Of a stretch of DNA of 64,000 nt, positions 52,231 through 63,732 are shown in pieces (position 1 is the stretch's first letter; each line of letters starts with the position of its first letter). A program made the translations under genes and the position numbers. The stretch comes from Chiloscyllium plagiosum (lineage: Eukaryota): the NCBI RefSeq assembly GCF_004010195.1, contig NC_057718.1, positions 104,162,342 through 104,226,341 on the forward strand. Reading direction: 5' to 3'. Under the pieces are notes generated by a model. It was not told the origin of the DNA and made no database searches. It worked only from the letters and a program-made list of their open reading frames with translations.

Positions 52231-53043
52231 CACAATTGGTTAGACCATGATCTTATTAAATGGCAGGGGGGCTGAATGGCCTACTCCTACCCTCAGTTTG
52301 TATGTTCATGTCTGCATCAAAGACACAAAAAATGCACCTACGGCCGATGTGTAGCTGTCTGAAAATGAAATCAAAACAAGCAGGATAAAGGAGTCAACAA
52401 AGGGCCAGAGAGTACAGGCTGAAACCTGTTGTAGCTGGTGGTGTTAAGTTCAGAATGCTGTGAAGTGCCTGGCTGATAGCTGAACTGATGACATTGTCTT
52501 TGTTGCAAAGTCCCCAGCTCCCATTGTACAAATCAAACAGCAATTCTGCCGTGCAATCAATGCTGAGGAAACACACACAATATTTCACCTTATGTGCAAG
52601 TTGTATAGCCTAAGGCAAGAAACAGATGAGCTGGTTTCATTGAGCTCAATACAGAGATGAACCTGGATGAACCAAACAGCCTCGCTGCAGCTAGCTTTTA
52701 TTCCGATTAGTCTATGTACAGAGTCGCTTGTGCAGCATAAACTTTGCATTTTAGGAAGAAATGTTGTACAAAAATTGTCATTAATCTGAAGAACTACATT
52801 CATGAATGAGGCAACGGATAGATTTTTCACGTGAGCAAGCACTTCAAACAGTGCAAAAAGCAAACTTAACCGAGGTGGGTGTTGTTGATTCGAGAGTAGC
52901 ATGGTGATAATGTCACTGGACTAGTGATCCATATGTGCTTGGGAATGTGGGTTCAAATCCTCACATACCAACTGGCAGAATTTAACTTCAATTAAAAATC
53001 TGGAATTGAAAGCTAGCTTCAATGATTGCAGCCACAAAATTGA

Positions 53044-54085
53044 TTGATTTGATTTATTGTCATGTGAACCTAAGTACAGCAAAAAGCTTTGTTTGCACAC
53101 AATACAGGCAGATCATAGGATCAGGAAAATCCTGGATAGAGTAAGGCATACAAGTCACACCACACACAGGGCATACATGAGGCAAGATCAAGATTAACAA
53201 AATCAGCATTATTTGAAGTTAGAGAGTCCATTCATCAGTCTAATAACAGCCAGGAAGAAGCTGTTCTTGAATCTGTGTTTGTGTGTGTTCAGACTTCTGT
53301 ATCTTCTGCCTGATGGAAGAGGTTACCGGGGTTGGAGGGGTCTTTGATGTTGGCAGCCTGACCACGGCAATGAGCTGTGTAAATGGAGGCCGTGGATGGA
53401 AGATTGGTTTCCGGGATGGTCCGGGCTGTGCACACCATCTTCTGTAGTTCCTTATGGTCCTGGGCAGAGCAGTTGCCATATGAGACCGTTATACACCAGG
53501 ACTATATGCTCTCAATGGTGCATCTGTAAAGGTTGGTGAGAGTCCTGTGGGCATGCTGAATTTCCTGAGTGGCCTGAGGAAGTAGAGGTGTTGTTGTGCC
53601 TTCCTGACTGCCGCATCTCCGTGGGAGTCTAGGACAGGTTGTCAGCTATTGTCACTCCGAAGAACTGGACACTGTCCACCCACTCAACCTCCGCTCCATT
53701 GATGTAAATGGGGTGTGTTCTCATTCTTTCTTTCTGAAGTCAATGATCATTTCTTCAGTTTTGCCAACATTGAGAGAGATTGTTATTGTTGCACCACATC
53801 ACCAAGCCCTCTGTCTCCAGTCTGTATTTTGACTCGTCATTGTTAGACATCCATCCTACCAGAATGATGTTGTCATCAAACTTGTAGATGCCGTTTGTCT
53901 GGGATTTGGCTGCACAGGGAGTACAGGTGGGGGCTGAGAACGCATCCTTGGTGGGGGGAGGGGGGTCCAGTGTTGAGGGTTATCATGGAGGAGGTCCTGA
54001 TTGCAGTCGATGGGTCAGGAAGCTGAGGATCCAGTTGCAGAGAGCAGAGCTGAGACCAAGGTCTCGGAGTTGGGAGATCAGTCTG
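53044..54085 (-). mobile_element. Rex1/Babar-type LINE 3' portion
   Basis: KAQQHLYFLRPLRKF and PSGRRYRSLNTHKHRFKNSFFLAVIRL motifs; inserted in a SINE. Confidence 0.85.
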
Positions 54086-54134
54086 TCATTGTCGGGAAAA
54101 CCCCATCTGACTCACTAATGCCCTTCAAGTGAGG

Positions 54135-54915
54135 AACAGAAGTAGGTCATTGGGTCCTCTATCTTGCATTGTCCTTCAATCGGATCATGTTTGATTCCTC
54201 CCCATTTCTATTAACTCTAAGAACTCTAACTAACTCCTTCTTGAAAACATTCAATGTTCTGGTTTCAGCCACTTTCTATGGCAGAGAATTCCACAGGCTC
54301 CCCATCAGGGGATTGACAAAGTAGACATGGAGAGGATGTTTCCCCTTCTGAGGCAATCGAGAACAAGAGTTCATCGTTTTCGGATAAGGGGTGGCAGGTT
54401 TAAAACAGTGATGAGGAGAAATCACTTCTCTCAAAGGGTCCTGAACCTGTGGAATTCACTTCCCCAGAATGCGGTTGGATGCTGCAACTTTGAGTAAATT
54501 AAAGGAGAAGACAGACAAAATTTTAATTAGTAATGGGATGAAGTGTTATGGAGAGCCGGCACAAAAGTGGAGTTGAGGCCAAGGTGAGATCAGTCAAGAA
54601 TGTAGATCCAAGGGGCTGAATGGCCTACTCCTGCTCCTAGCTCCTATGTTCTCTGGGAGAAGACATTTCTCCCCAACACAGTTCTAATTGGTATCCTTAA
54701 ACTGTGACCTCTGGTTCGAGACTCCCCAGTCATTAGGAATATCTTTCCTACATTGACCCTGTCTCATCCATTATCTGCCTTCCAATCCATAGGAGCTGCT
54801 CCAGAGTCTGTAAAATCGCTGAAGATGACCCACTAGTGCTTCCACTATTTTCAGGGCCACCTCCTTAAGTACTCTGGGAAGGAGATTATTGGGCCCCAGG
54901 GATTCCATCAATTTC
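54135..54915. mobile_element. CR1 fragment (minus) interrupted by another CR1 3' end (plus, 54305-54652)
   Basis: gatgaggagaaatcacttctctcaaagggtc..ctcctagctcctatgttc nested in an opposite-strand CR1. Confidence 0.8.
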
Positions 54916-55544
54916 CCCAAATCTGCCTTCCTTACCCAGTCTAGCCTTCATGTGACTCCAGGTCCACAACAACACGGTTGACACTTAATTGCCCTCTGAA
55001 ATGGCCTCAGGAGATACTCAGTTCAAGGGTAATTAGGAATGGGATAATAAGCACCAGCCTTCCCAGTGATGTCGATGTCCCATGAATGAATAAAGAAAAA
55101 GACACATTCATCTTACAGGATTCTTCAGAAACAGGGAGAATAATTGAATTCTGTCACAGTCTGATTTAGGATTCAGATTCTATGGAAAGTTTAGACAATG
55201 CCTTTCTGAAATAGCATCAATGTCCTCTGTATTCACAACTGCTACCTCTTAGCAATTCTTTTTGAAATGCCAGGAATGAATTGTATCTGGAACAGATATC
55301 ACTTTGTTAGAAAGCTGCCACAAATCTCAAACTAAACACTGATGTGGGACTGCAGGATATTTTACCTGATGTGGCAATGTTTATGTTACCCTCATAACTG
55401 GGGGTGGATAAGGTCAAACTGAAAAATCTGATGACTCTTATAGCTCTATTACAGTCTATTCCAGTAATGTTTTCAGTAATGGGACATATATGTCCTTGAA
55501 CTGTTCTGATGTACCACATTTCTCTGCATGGTCAGAATAAATGA

Positions 55545-56310
55545 ATCTTCTCAGGTGTTTCTTTAATACCATCAGGTCATTCCAGGATAATGGCTTTTTG
55601 TAATTCCTATAGTTGGCCTTGTTCGTCAGTGGCCAATTGGAACTGCTCCCACTGGCACTAGCCAAAGTGTAACAGATCAACTTTGAGAATGTCTTCACCT
55701 TCACAGTCAAGAGCATCACTGTGTAGATCAACTGTGTATTCATCTCGGTCTTTGTGGGATTTGTGTAATGTGCTCCATGCCTCAGACATAATCATCCTGG
55801 TACCCGGACTTATATCTCACTTCAGAGTCATATCCTTGCAGATATGGTTATGTCACATATAGTCGCTTCTCCAGTAGTGAGTGAGGTTTGAATCACATGG
55901 ATTGTGGTGAAGGTCTGTGGACCCTGGGGGTTCCGCCATTGTTGGACAGTTGGTATCTACCTAGGTGAGCTTGTGTACAGGAACTACAATGTGATTCTTC
56001 CATTGCACAGAATTGTCTAATGAATCTTACCTAAAGACCTTAATTGCTGTAGCAACGATGAGAATTCAATGAGACTCTCTGACAGTTCCTCGTCAGAAAA
56101 GTCACACACATGTGCTGTGCTGCAACACCTTCTGACAAACTGGTCAATAGATTTCCAGGAGTTCTTATCTGTTAGAGACTATTAATCCTGAAGATAATTC
56201 CTACCTTGAGATGGTCTTCAAGAACTTTCCAGATCTCTCTGAACCTTTCTGATTGCTGATGGAACAACCAGATATGTTAATTCTGTGAAGTTCTTCTTTG
56301 CTTTTCTACT
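55545..56310 (-). mobile_element. Decayed Ty3/Gypsy relic: gag close to RNase H end/integrase start
   Basis: gag 56035-56310: KEELHRINISG, IWKVLEDHLKVGIIFRI, SIDQFVRRCCSTAHVCDFSDEELSESLIE; pol 55545-55845: LQGYDSEVRYK/PGTRMIMSEAWSTL, QL*ELQKAIILE*PD. Confidence 0.8.
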
Positions 56311-58555
56311 TGGGAATACCTATCGCTAGGTTCTATAAATTTTTCAGCACCACACTCTTCGACTCTATAAAATAAAACTTGGACGTTCTTTCAAAAGATG
56401 TCATTCAGTAAGGCTGTTACAGAATGCGCAGTCCATAAGTAAGTGTTTGCCTTCCATTTGTCTTTAGAGGTATCAGGTGAAAACCTAACACAACTCTCCT
56501 TATTACATAAGAAATTAGGCATTGGTAACCTGGTATTGAAGAATCCAACAGACATTTATTATGGTTCACTTATACACACAAACATTACGTCTGAGCTAAA
56601 GTTAAGTTAGTAAATTACACAGAACAGCATTCTTCAAGAAATGTGTCATGCTTCAGGATTCCTCGTAAGATGAGGTCCATGATCTTTACACCCTTAGATC
56701 ACACGCAGGCATATACTGACGATATTATGAATATGTCTCTTACAGGTATGCAGCACCAAGTGACCATGAGGCAGAACACAATAGACTCTCTTTCAGGCAA
56801 CACATAAATGTCAAGACTAAACCCAATTTGGGAATATTGTGGCATTACACTCAAAGATAGTTTGCTGTGAAATGCAATCAGAAAATAAAGTGATGAATTG
56901 CTCCTTGATTTTGGCCTGTTTTAAATAACTAGCAATATTCATAAATGTTATTCATTAACTGTGTTACTACATTCAGAAATACTGACAAGATTAATAACTA
57001 GGTATGGGGTCCTAATAAACTGCACATGTTAAGTGTAAACATTGAGAAATCTTCACTTCAGAAATTAAAGGGAACCCCTTGGCCAGGAACCTCAACAACA
57101 AACCAGTCTCCCGTATCATGTGATAGCTTCAGGTAACCAAATTAATGGGATGCAAGTGACACTGGGATTCGAGGATGCCGCTGTGATCGAATACTGAAGC
57201 ACAGCAAAGAGCTGAGTTAAACTCTACAGAGTGATTTCTTTGTGGCATTGGGGGAAGCAGGTGTTATCTTCTGGGGTCTTCCCAAAGGCTGCTCACTTCA
57301 AACCTTCCAGTTACTTCAGAGGAAAAAAATCCTGATTGATTTCTCCAATTTATGAAAGGCTGTACTCTTCAATAAAACACGGTTTACATATTCAAACACT
57401 GAGGAGAATACACTCAGCATGCCGTTAAACTCTCCTTTTGACAACCAATAGTAACAGACCAACCCTAACTAACAATGATTGCGAACCTTTTTAAATCAGG
57501 GGATATTGTACAGAGTTACTCTCTGAGCCACAGGAGAATCCTTTGTTTTCACAATCAGTCATCTGCATCTCTTCTAAGTCATTCCATATCACAAATTATT
57601 CTTCGAATGGAGCAAGCAAACTGTCAACTTGAATCTAATGTCAAACTGGAAGAATAATCAGCAGAAGAGAGTCCACAAAAGAGCTCCCAGAGTAATTTTT
57701 TAAATTTTGTATAATCAACAACAGATGACAAACATTAAAAATGTTCTCAGATTCGAAATAAGCATCTGTTCTGTTGCTTCCCTGATTAAAACTGAAAAGC
57801 TGTTCCTTTAGTTTCTCTCCTCATCTCATCCATGTCCTCTCATTTCATCTTAAAACCAATCTACTCTGTCCTTGATCATATTCCAAATAAACTGATAATC
57901 ATAACCCTCTCTTCCCTGGCCCTCATGTTAACATCCGAAGTAATTCTCTCAACACAGCTACTGTCCCCGGTCCTTCCCAAACAGCCCTATCCTCACTCAC
58001 CACAGTTACTGTCTCCTTGCTGCTATCATCCCATCACCAAACTTCAACCCCTGGTTATCTCAAAGGTCCTCACCTCCAGCCTTTGATCTCTATGTCGTCA
58101 TTGTCCACAGGAATAGTGCCAGAAGACTGAAGGATAGCAAATGTTGTCCCTTTGTTCAAGAAGGGGACTAGAGACAACCCTGGTAATTATAGACCAGTGA
58201 GCCTTACTTCGGTTGTGGGTAAAGTATTGGAAAAGGTCATAAGAGATAGGATATATAATCATCTTGAGAGGAATAAGTTGATCAGGGATAGTCAACATGG
58301 TTTTGTGAAGGGTAGGTTGTGCCTCACAAACCTGATTGAGTTTTTTGAGATGGTGACCAAATAGGTGTTTGAGAGTAAAGTTGTTAATGTGGTATATGGA
58401 TTTCAGTAAAGCATTTGATGAGGCTTCCCACGTTTGGCTATTGCACAAAATATGGAGGCATGGGATTCAGGATGATTTAGCGGTTTGGATCAGAAATTGG
58501 CTAGCTGAATGAAAACAGAGGGTAGTGGTTGATGGGAAATGTCATCCTGGAGTTC

Positions 58556-58776
58556 TGATTTGGAGATGCCGGTGTTGGACTGGGGTGTACAAAGTTAAAA
58601 ATCACACAACACCAGGTTATCGTCCAACAGGTTTAATTAGAAGCACACTAGCTTTCGGAGCGACACTCCTTCATCAGGTTATTGTCACAATCACCTGATG
58701 AAGGAGCGACACTCCGAAAGCTAGTGTGCTTCCAATTAAACCTGTTGGACTATAACCTGGTGTTGTGTGATTTTTA
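58556..58776. mobile_element. Palindromic PLE family B insertion with a hammerhead on each strand
   Basis: TSD atcctggagttc at 58544-58555 and 58777-58788; 90-bp inverted arms centred on 58686. Confidence 0.93.
58692..58726 (+). ncRNA. Minimal type I hammerhead ribozyme (PLE family B)
   Basis: CAC-CUGAUGA-A-GGAG-cgaca-CUCC-GAA-AGCU-A-GUG: stem I CAC/GUG, AGCU palindrome, CUA triplet. Confidence 0.8.
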
Positions 58777-58893
58777 ATCCTGGAGTTCAGTTACTACTGG
58801 TGTACCGCAAGGATCTGTTTTTGGGCCACTGCTGTCTATCATTTTTATAAATAACCTAGATGAGGGCATAGAAGGATGGGATCGTAAATTTGC

Positions 58894-60324
58894 CAGGAGA
58901 AAGTGAGGACTGCAGATGCTGGAGATCAGAGTCAAGAGTGTGTTGCTGGAAAAGCACAGCAGCTCAGGCAGAGGGCGGTGCTGAGCTGGAATGTTGGAAC
59001 TGGGGTAAGGTGGGGGGAGGGGAAATGAGGAAGCTGGTGAAGTCTACCTTGATGCCCTGGGGTTGAAGTGTTCCGAGGCAGATGATGAGGTGCTCTTCCT
59101 CCAGGCTAGCTGGTGGTGAGGAGTGGTGATGGAGGAAGCCCAGGGCCTGCATGTGTTCAGCCACGGAGCGACGGGGTTGATTGGTGCGGGTGTCCCAGAG
59201 ATATTCTCTGAAGCACTCTGCGAGAAGGTGTCTTGTCTCCCCAATGTAGAGGAGACCACATCGGGAGAAACGGATACAATAAACAACATTTGTGGAAGCG
59301 CAAGTAAAGCTCTGATGGATATGGAAGGTTCCTTTGGGGTCTTAGATGGAGGTGAGAGGGGAGGTGTGGGCGCAGGTTTTGTGATTCCTGCGGTGGCAGG
59401 GGAAGGTGCCAGGATGTGTGGGCTGATGGTGGGGTCCATTTGTGGTTGGTGGAAACGGCAGAGAATGATGTAATGTATACAGCTTTGCTTGTAGAGAGAG
59501 GAGGAGAACTTCTTCAAGGTAGGCATCTGTATACATCGTGTCACCCACTGCCATTTCTGACACCTATAAACGGACCCCACCACCAGAGGTATATTTCCCT
59601 CCCCAACCCTATCCGCTGTCTGTAAAGACCATTCCCTCCGAGGTTCCCCGTCAGATCCACACCCTCCCCCACCCAACCCACCCTCCCCTCCCAGCACCTT
59701 TCTCTGCCACCTCAGGAATTGTATCCGTTGCTCCCAATGTGGTCTCCGCTACGTTAGGGAGACAGGATGCCTACTCTCAGAGCGCTTCAGAGAATATCTC
59801 CAGTATACCTGCGCCAACCAACCCCATCGCCCCGTGGCCGAACACTTCAATTTCCCCTCCCGCTCCACCAAGGACACACAGGTGCTGCACCTCCTCCATG
59901 GCCATACCCTAACCACCTAATGCCTGGAGGAAAAACACATCATCATCTGCCTTTGAACCCTCCAACCTCAGGGCATCAATGTGGATTTCACCATTTTCCT
60001 CATCTCCCCTCCCCTCACCTTGTCCCAGATCCAACCCTCCAGCTCAGCACCACCCTCATGACCTCTCCTACCTGTCCATCTTCCTTCCCACCTATCCACT
60101 CCACCCTCCCCTCTGACCTATCACCTTCACCCCCACCTCCTCCACCTATTGTACTCTCAGCTACCTCGGCCCCCCCCCCAGCTCCACCCCTCTACCATTT
60201 ATCTCTCCACCCCCGAGGCTCCCAGCCTCTTTCCTAATGAAGGGCTTTTGCCTGAAACATTGATTTTCTGCTCCTTGGATGCTGCCTGACCTGTTGTGCC
60301 TTTCCAACACCACACTCTTGACCA
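58894..60324. mobile_element. Inverted two-arm Penelope family A insertion with GIY-YIG remnants
   Basis: Minus arm FTCASTNVVYCIRFSRCGLLYIGETRHLLAECFREY; plus arm CIRCSQCGLRYVRETGCLLSERFREY; terminal repeats at both ends; TSD gtaaatttgc 58884-58893 / 60325-60334. Confidence 0.92.
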
Positions 60325-60365
60325 GTAAATTTGCGGATGACACTAAGGTGAGTGGAGGTGTGGGT

Positions 60366-60525
60366 AGGTCTGGCAGCATCTGTGGCAAGAAATCAGAGTT
60401 AACGTTTCAGGTCAAGTGACCCTTAATCAGAACTTGCTTGAACTCAAAATGTTAACTCTGTTTCTCTCTCCACAGATGCTGCCCGACTTGCAAAGGTACC
60501 TCAGTATTCTCTGGTTTTGTGTGTT
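60366..60525. mobile_element. Fold-back PLE family C repeat
   Basis: ggcagcatctgtgg..cagagttaacgtttc versus aaaatgttaactctg..ccacagatgctgcc. Confidence 0.75.
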
Positions 60526-60584
60526 TCAAACTAAGTACAGTCAGTTTTTCTCTAATGCAATGTCTGTGTTCTCGTGCTGCATCC

Positions 60585-60910
60585 AAAACGCCCCTCACTC
60601 AAAACCATCTCCCTCCTGCCATCTGACAGAAGATACCAGAGCATTCGGTCTCTCTCAGCCAGACTGTGCAACAGTTTCTCCACCCAAGCCATCAGGCTCC
60701 TTAACACAATATAATTGGGCTTTTTCCCATCTGAAATTCTTTGATTTGCTGGTAGAACAATGTCTATTAATTAACATTCTTTTATTTTACTGTACTTTGC
60801 TTGTTTTGCACTTCTTATGCACTTTCTGCCGCCTGTGTAGTTTGCGCTGTCTGTGTAGTATTTGATCCTGGAGGAACGCGGTCTCATTTTTACCATAGAA
60901 ATGACAAATA
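60585..60910 (+). mobile_element. Rex1/Babar LINE 3' end
   Basis: LLPSDRRYQSIRSLSARLCNSFSTQAIRLLN. Confidence 0.85.
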
Positions 60911-61799
60911 ACATCTGCTTATTACTCTAGCTCGACTATTCATGGATAGAGTAATCTTTGCTCTCTCTATGGGAATGGTAATCCTGTTTCAGACTCGATA
61001 GAATTCATTTGCTTTTTATGTCTTCCTCAATAATGAGCCCATTTTCTGCATTGTAAAGTTTTGATCGTGCTGCTCCATATACAGTTTGGACAGGGATTTG
61101 AGCCTCCCATCAGTTCACAGGAAACATGCCTGATCTTTACAAACCTAGGGGTGACACTCAGATTGTTGAGAAAACTGGCAACGTAAACTGTTTATGACAT
61201 TCTGTGCAAAGTGACCCCATCCCAGCTCAATTACGTTATAACTTATTTACAAGCGAAGTATAAGCCAGGTAATTGGAGGTAAGTCAAAGTCATTCAGATG
61301 TATTACACTGATAACTAGTAACGAACAACCTGACCTACAGAGGGAGAGAATGAGGTACCAACAGCATAGAGTACCATGATCAGCTGGTCACAGTCCAACA
61401 TGTCAGTCTCAACGCTATGATGGCAGCTCCTCACTGTTATACCCCACATAAATAATATCTGTTAGAGATTAACAAGGTCAGAAAAGCAGCACACAGAAAG
61501 TAATAGGCATCATAATCGTAATTAGCAAATTGTTACATTCCCCAAGTAATTTGTGCCTTTAATGTAATAAAACGACACAAGGCACTTCCTAGAAGTGTTA
61601 TCGAACAAAGTTAGACAGCAAGTCATGATAAATAAAAGTGAAAAATGCTGGAAAAACCTAGCAGGTCTGGCAGCACCTGCAGAGAGAAAAACACTTAATT
61701 GTTTCAGTCAGCTGCCGAAAAATTGAAAAAAGAATCAGTTTTAAGGAGCATCTTAAAGGAAAAAAGGATGGTGCAAAGGCAGAGAGTAACGGGAGGGAG

Positions 61800-63630
61800 T
61801 TTTATTCATTCATGGGGCGTGGGCTGGCAGGGTCAGCATTTATTACCCATCCCTAGTTGCCCCTTGAGAAGGTGGGGGTGAGCTGCCTTCTTGAACCACT
61901 GCAGTCCATGTGCTGTAGATAGACCCACAATGCCCCTTAGGGAGGGAATTCCAGGATATTGACCCAGCGACACTCAAGGAAGGTTGATATATTTCCAAGT
62001 CAGGATGGTGACTGGCTTGGAGGAAAACTTACAGGTGCAGGTGTTCCCATGTATCTGCTTCTAGATTAGAGTGGTGCTGGAAAAGCACAGCAGGTCAGGC
62101 AGCATCCGAGGAGCAGTAAAATCGACCTTTCGGGCAAAAGCCCTTCATCAGGAATACAGGCAGAGAGCCTGAAGAGTGGAGAGATAAATGAGACTGGGGT
62201 TGAAGTGTTCCGAGGTGGAAGATGAGATGTTCTTCCTCCAGGCGTCTGGTGGTGAGGGAGGCCCAGGACCTTCATGTCCTCGGCAGAGTGGGAGAGGGAG
62301 TTGAAATGTTGGACCACAGGGCGGTGGGGTTGATTGGTGCAGGTGTCCCAGAGATGTTCCCTAAAGCGCTCTGCTAGTTTTTACCATGTATTTGTTTCCC
62401 CTGTCCTTCTGGATGGAAGGAGTTGTGGGTTTGGAAGGTGCTGTCTGAGGATCTTTGGTGATTTCTGCAGAGCCTCTTGTAGATAGCACACACTGCTATG
62501 TCGATGGTGAAGGGAGTGGATGTTTGTGGATTTGGTGCTAATCAAATGGGCCGCTTTGTCCTGGATGAGCTTCTTGAGTGTTGTTAGACCTGCACCCATC
62601 CAGGCACCCTGTGCCTTGTAGATGGTGGACAGGCTTTGGTGAGTCCGGAGGTGAGTTACTCACAGCAGTATTCCCAGACTCTGACCTACTCTTGTAGCCC
62701 CTGTGTTTATATAGCTGGGTCCAATTGAGTTTCAATGATAACCTCCAGCACTTTGATAGTTAGGGATTCAGTGATATTCTCTCGTATTGGAGGTGGTCTT
62801 TGCCTGATATTTGTGTGGCATGGGTGTTCAGTCAGCTGTTCTCCATTTGTAGCTCATCCTGAAGAAGGGTCACAGGACTCAAAACATTAATTCTGCTTTC
62901 TCTTTACAGACTTTGCCAAGTCTGATTAGTTTCTCCAGCAATTTCTGTTCCTGTTCCAGATTTTCATCATCTGCAGTACTTCAATTTATTTTACTGGATA
63001 ATGTTCATTTCTTGTTAGATTTGGACTTCTCTACCTGAGGAGTGGCGAATGGTGTGAACATTGTAATCATCAGCGAACATCCCTACTTCAGTCCTTATGA
63101 TAGAGAGAAGGTCATTGATGAAGCAGCTGAAGATGGTTGGGCCGAGGACACTATCCTGAGGAACTCCTGCAGAGATGTCCTGGAGCTGAGATGACTGACC
63201 CTCCAACAACCACAACCATCTTCCTATGTGCCAGGTATGATTCCGACCAGTGAAGAAGACCCAGTGGCTCCAATACCCACTGATTTCAGTTTTGCCAGGG
63301 CTCTGTGATGCCATACTCAGTCAAATGTAGCCGAAATGTCAAGGGCTTACCCTCTCTCTTTCCCTCTGGAATTCAGCTCTTTTGTCCATGTTGGGATGAA
63401 GGGTGTAATGAGGTCAGGAGCTGAATGGCCCTGGTGGAACCCAAACTGGGTGTCACTGAGCAGGTGCTGCTTGATAGCCCCTGTGGATGACCCCTTCCAT
63501 CACGTTACTGATGATTGAGATTAGACTGATGGGGCGGTAATTGGCTGGGTTGGGTTTATGCTGCTTTTTGGGTACAGGACATACCTGGGCAATTTTCCAC
63601 ATTGTCAGGTAGATGCCTGTGATGTTGCTG
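61800..63630 (-). mobile_element. CR1-group (Crack/Zenon-like) LINE, interrupted by PLE copies at 62062-62378 and ~62850-62993
   Basis: WKIAQVCPVPKKQHKPNPANYRPISL; AGVPQDSVLGPTIFSCFINDL..GMFADD. Confidence 0.9.
62062..62378 (-). mobile_element. PLE family A fragment with hammerhead core (62117-62155)
   Basis: VQHFNSLSHSAEDMKVLGL; minus strand CUGAUGA-A-GGGC-uuuu-GCCC-GAAAGGUC. Confidence 0.88.
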
Positions 63631-63732
63631 CAGACCCCATTGCAAAATGGTTGAATCTTAACGGCCCTCTGAAATGGCTGAGCAATCCACACTGTCATAT
63701 CAGTCTGACATAGTAATACCCATGGATTCATA

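Larger units (their letters stand above)
58098..60365 (+). mobile_element. CR1 RT fragment interrupted by two PLE insertions
   Basis: FKKGTRDNPGNYRPVSLTSVVGK..QHGFVKGRLCLTNL, GVPQGS, and SKFADDTK resuming at ~60324. Confidence 0.93.

Noticed and set aside
55700..55810. Merlin/IS1595 transposase or endogenous virus (PGTRMIMSEAW)
   Set aside because: The flanking LQGYD..RYK motif and nearby gag motifs fit the Gypsy RNase H end better
60230..60270. Active hammerheads at 60232, 24486, 32199, 36037 and 51545
   Set aside because: Core, stem II or cleavage-triplet mutations or truncation; kept only as degenerate copies
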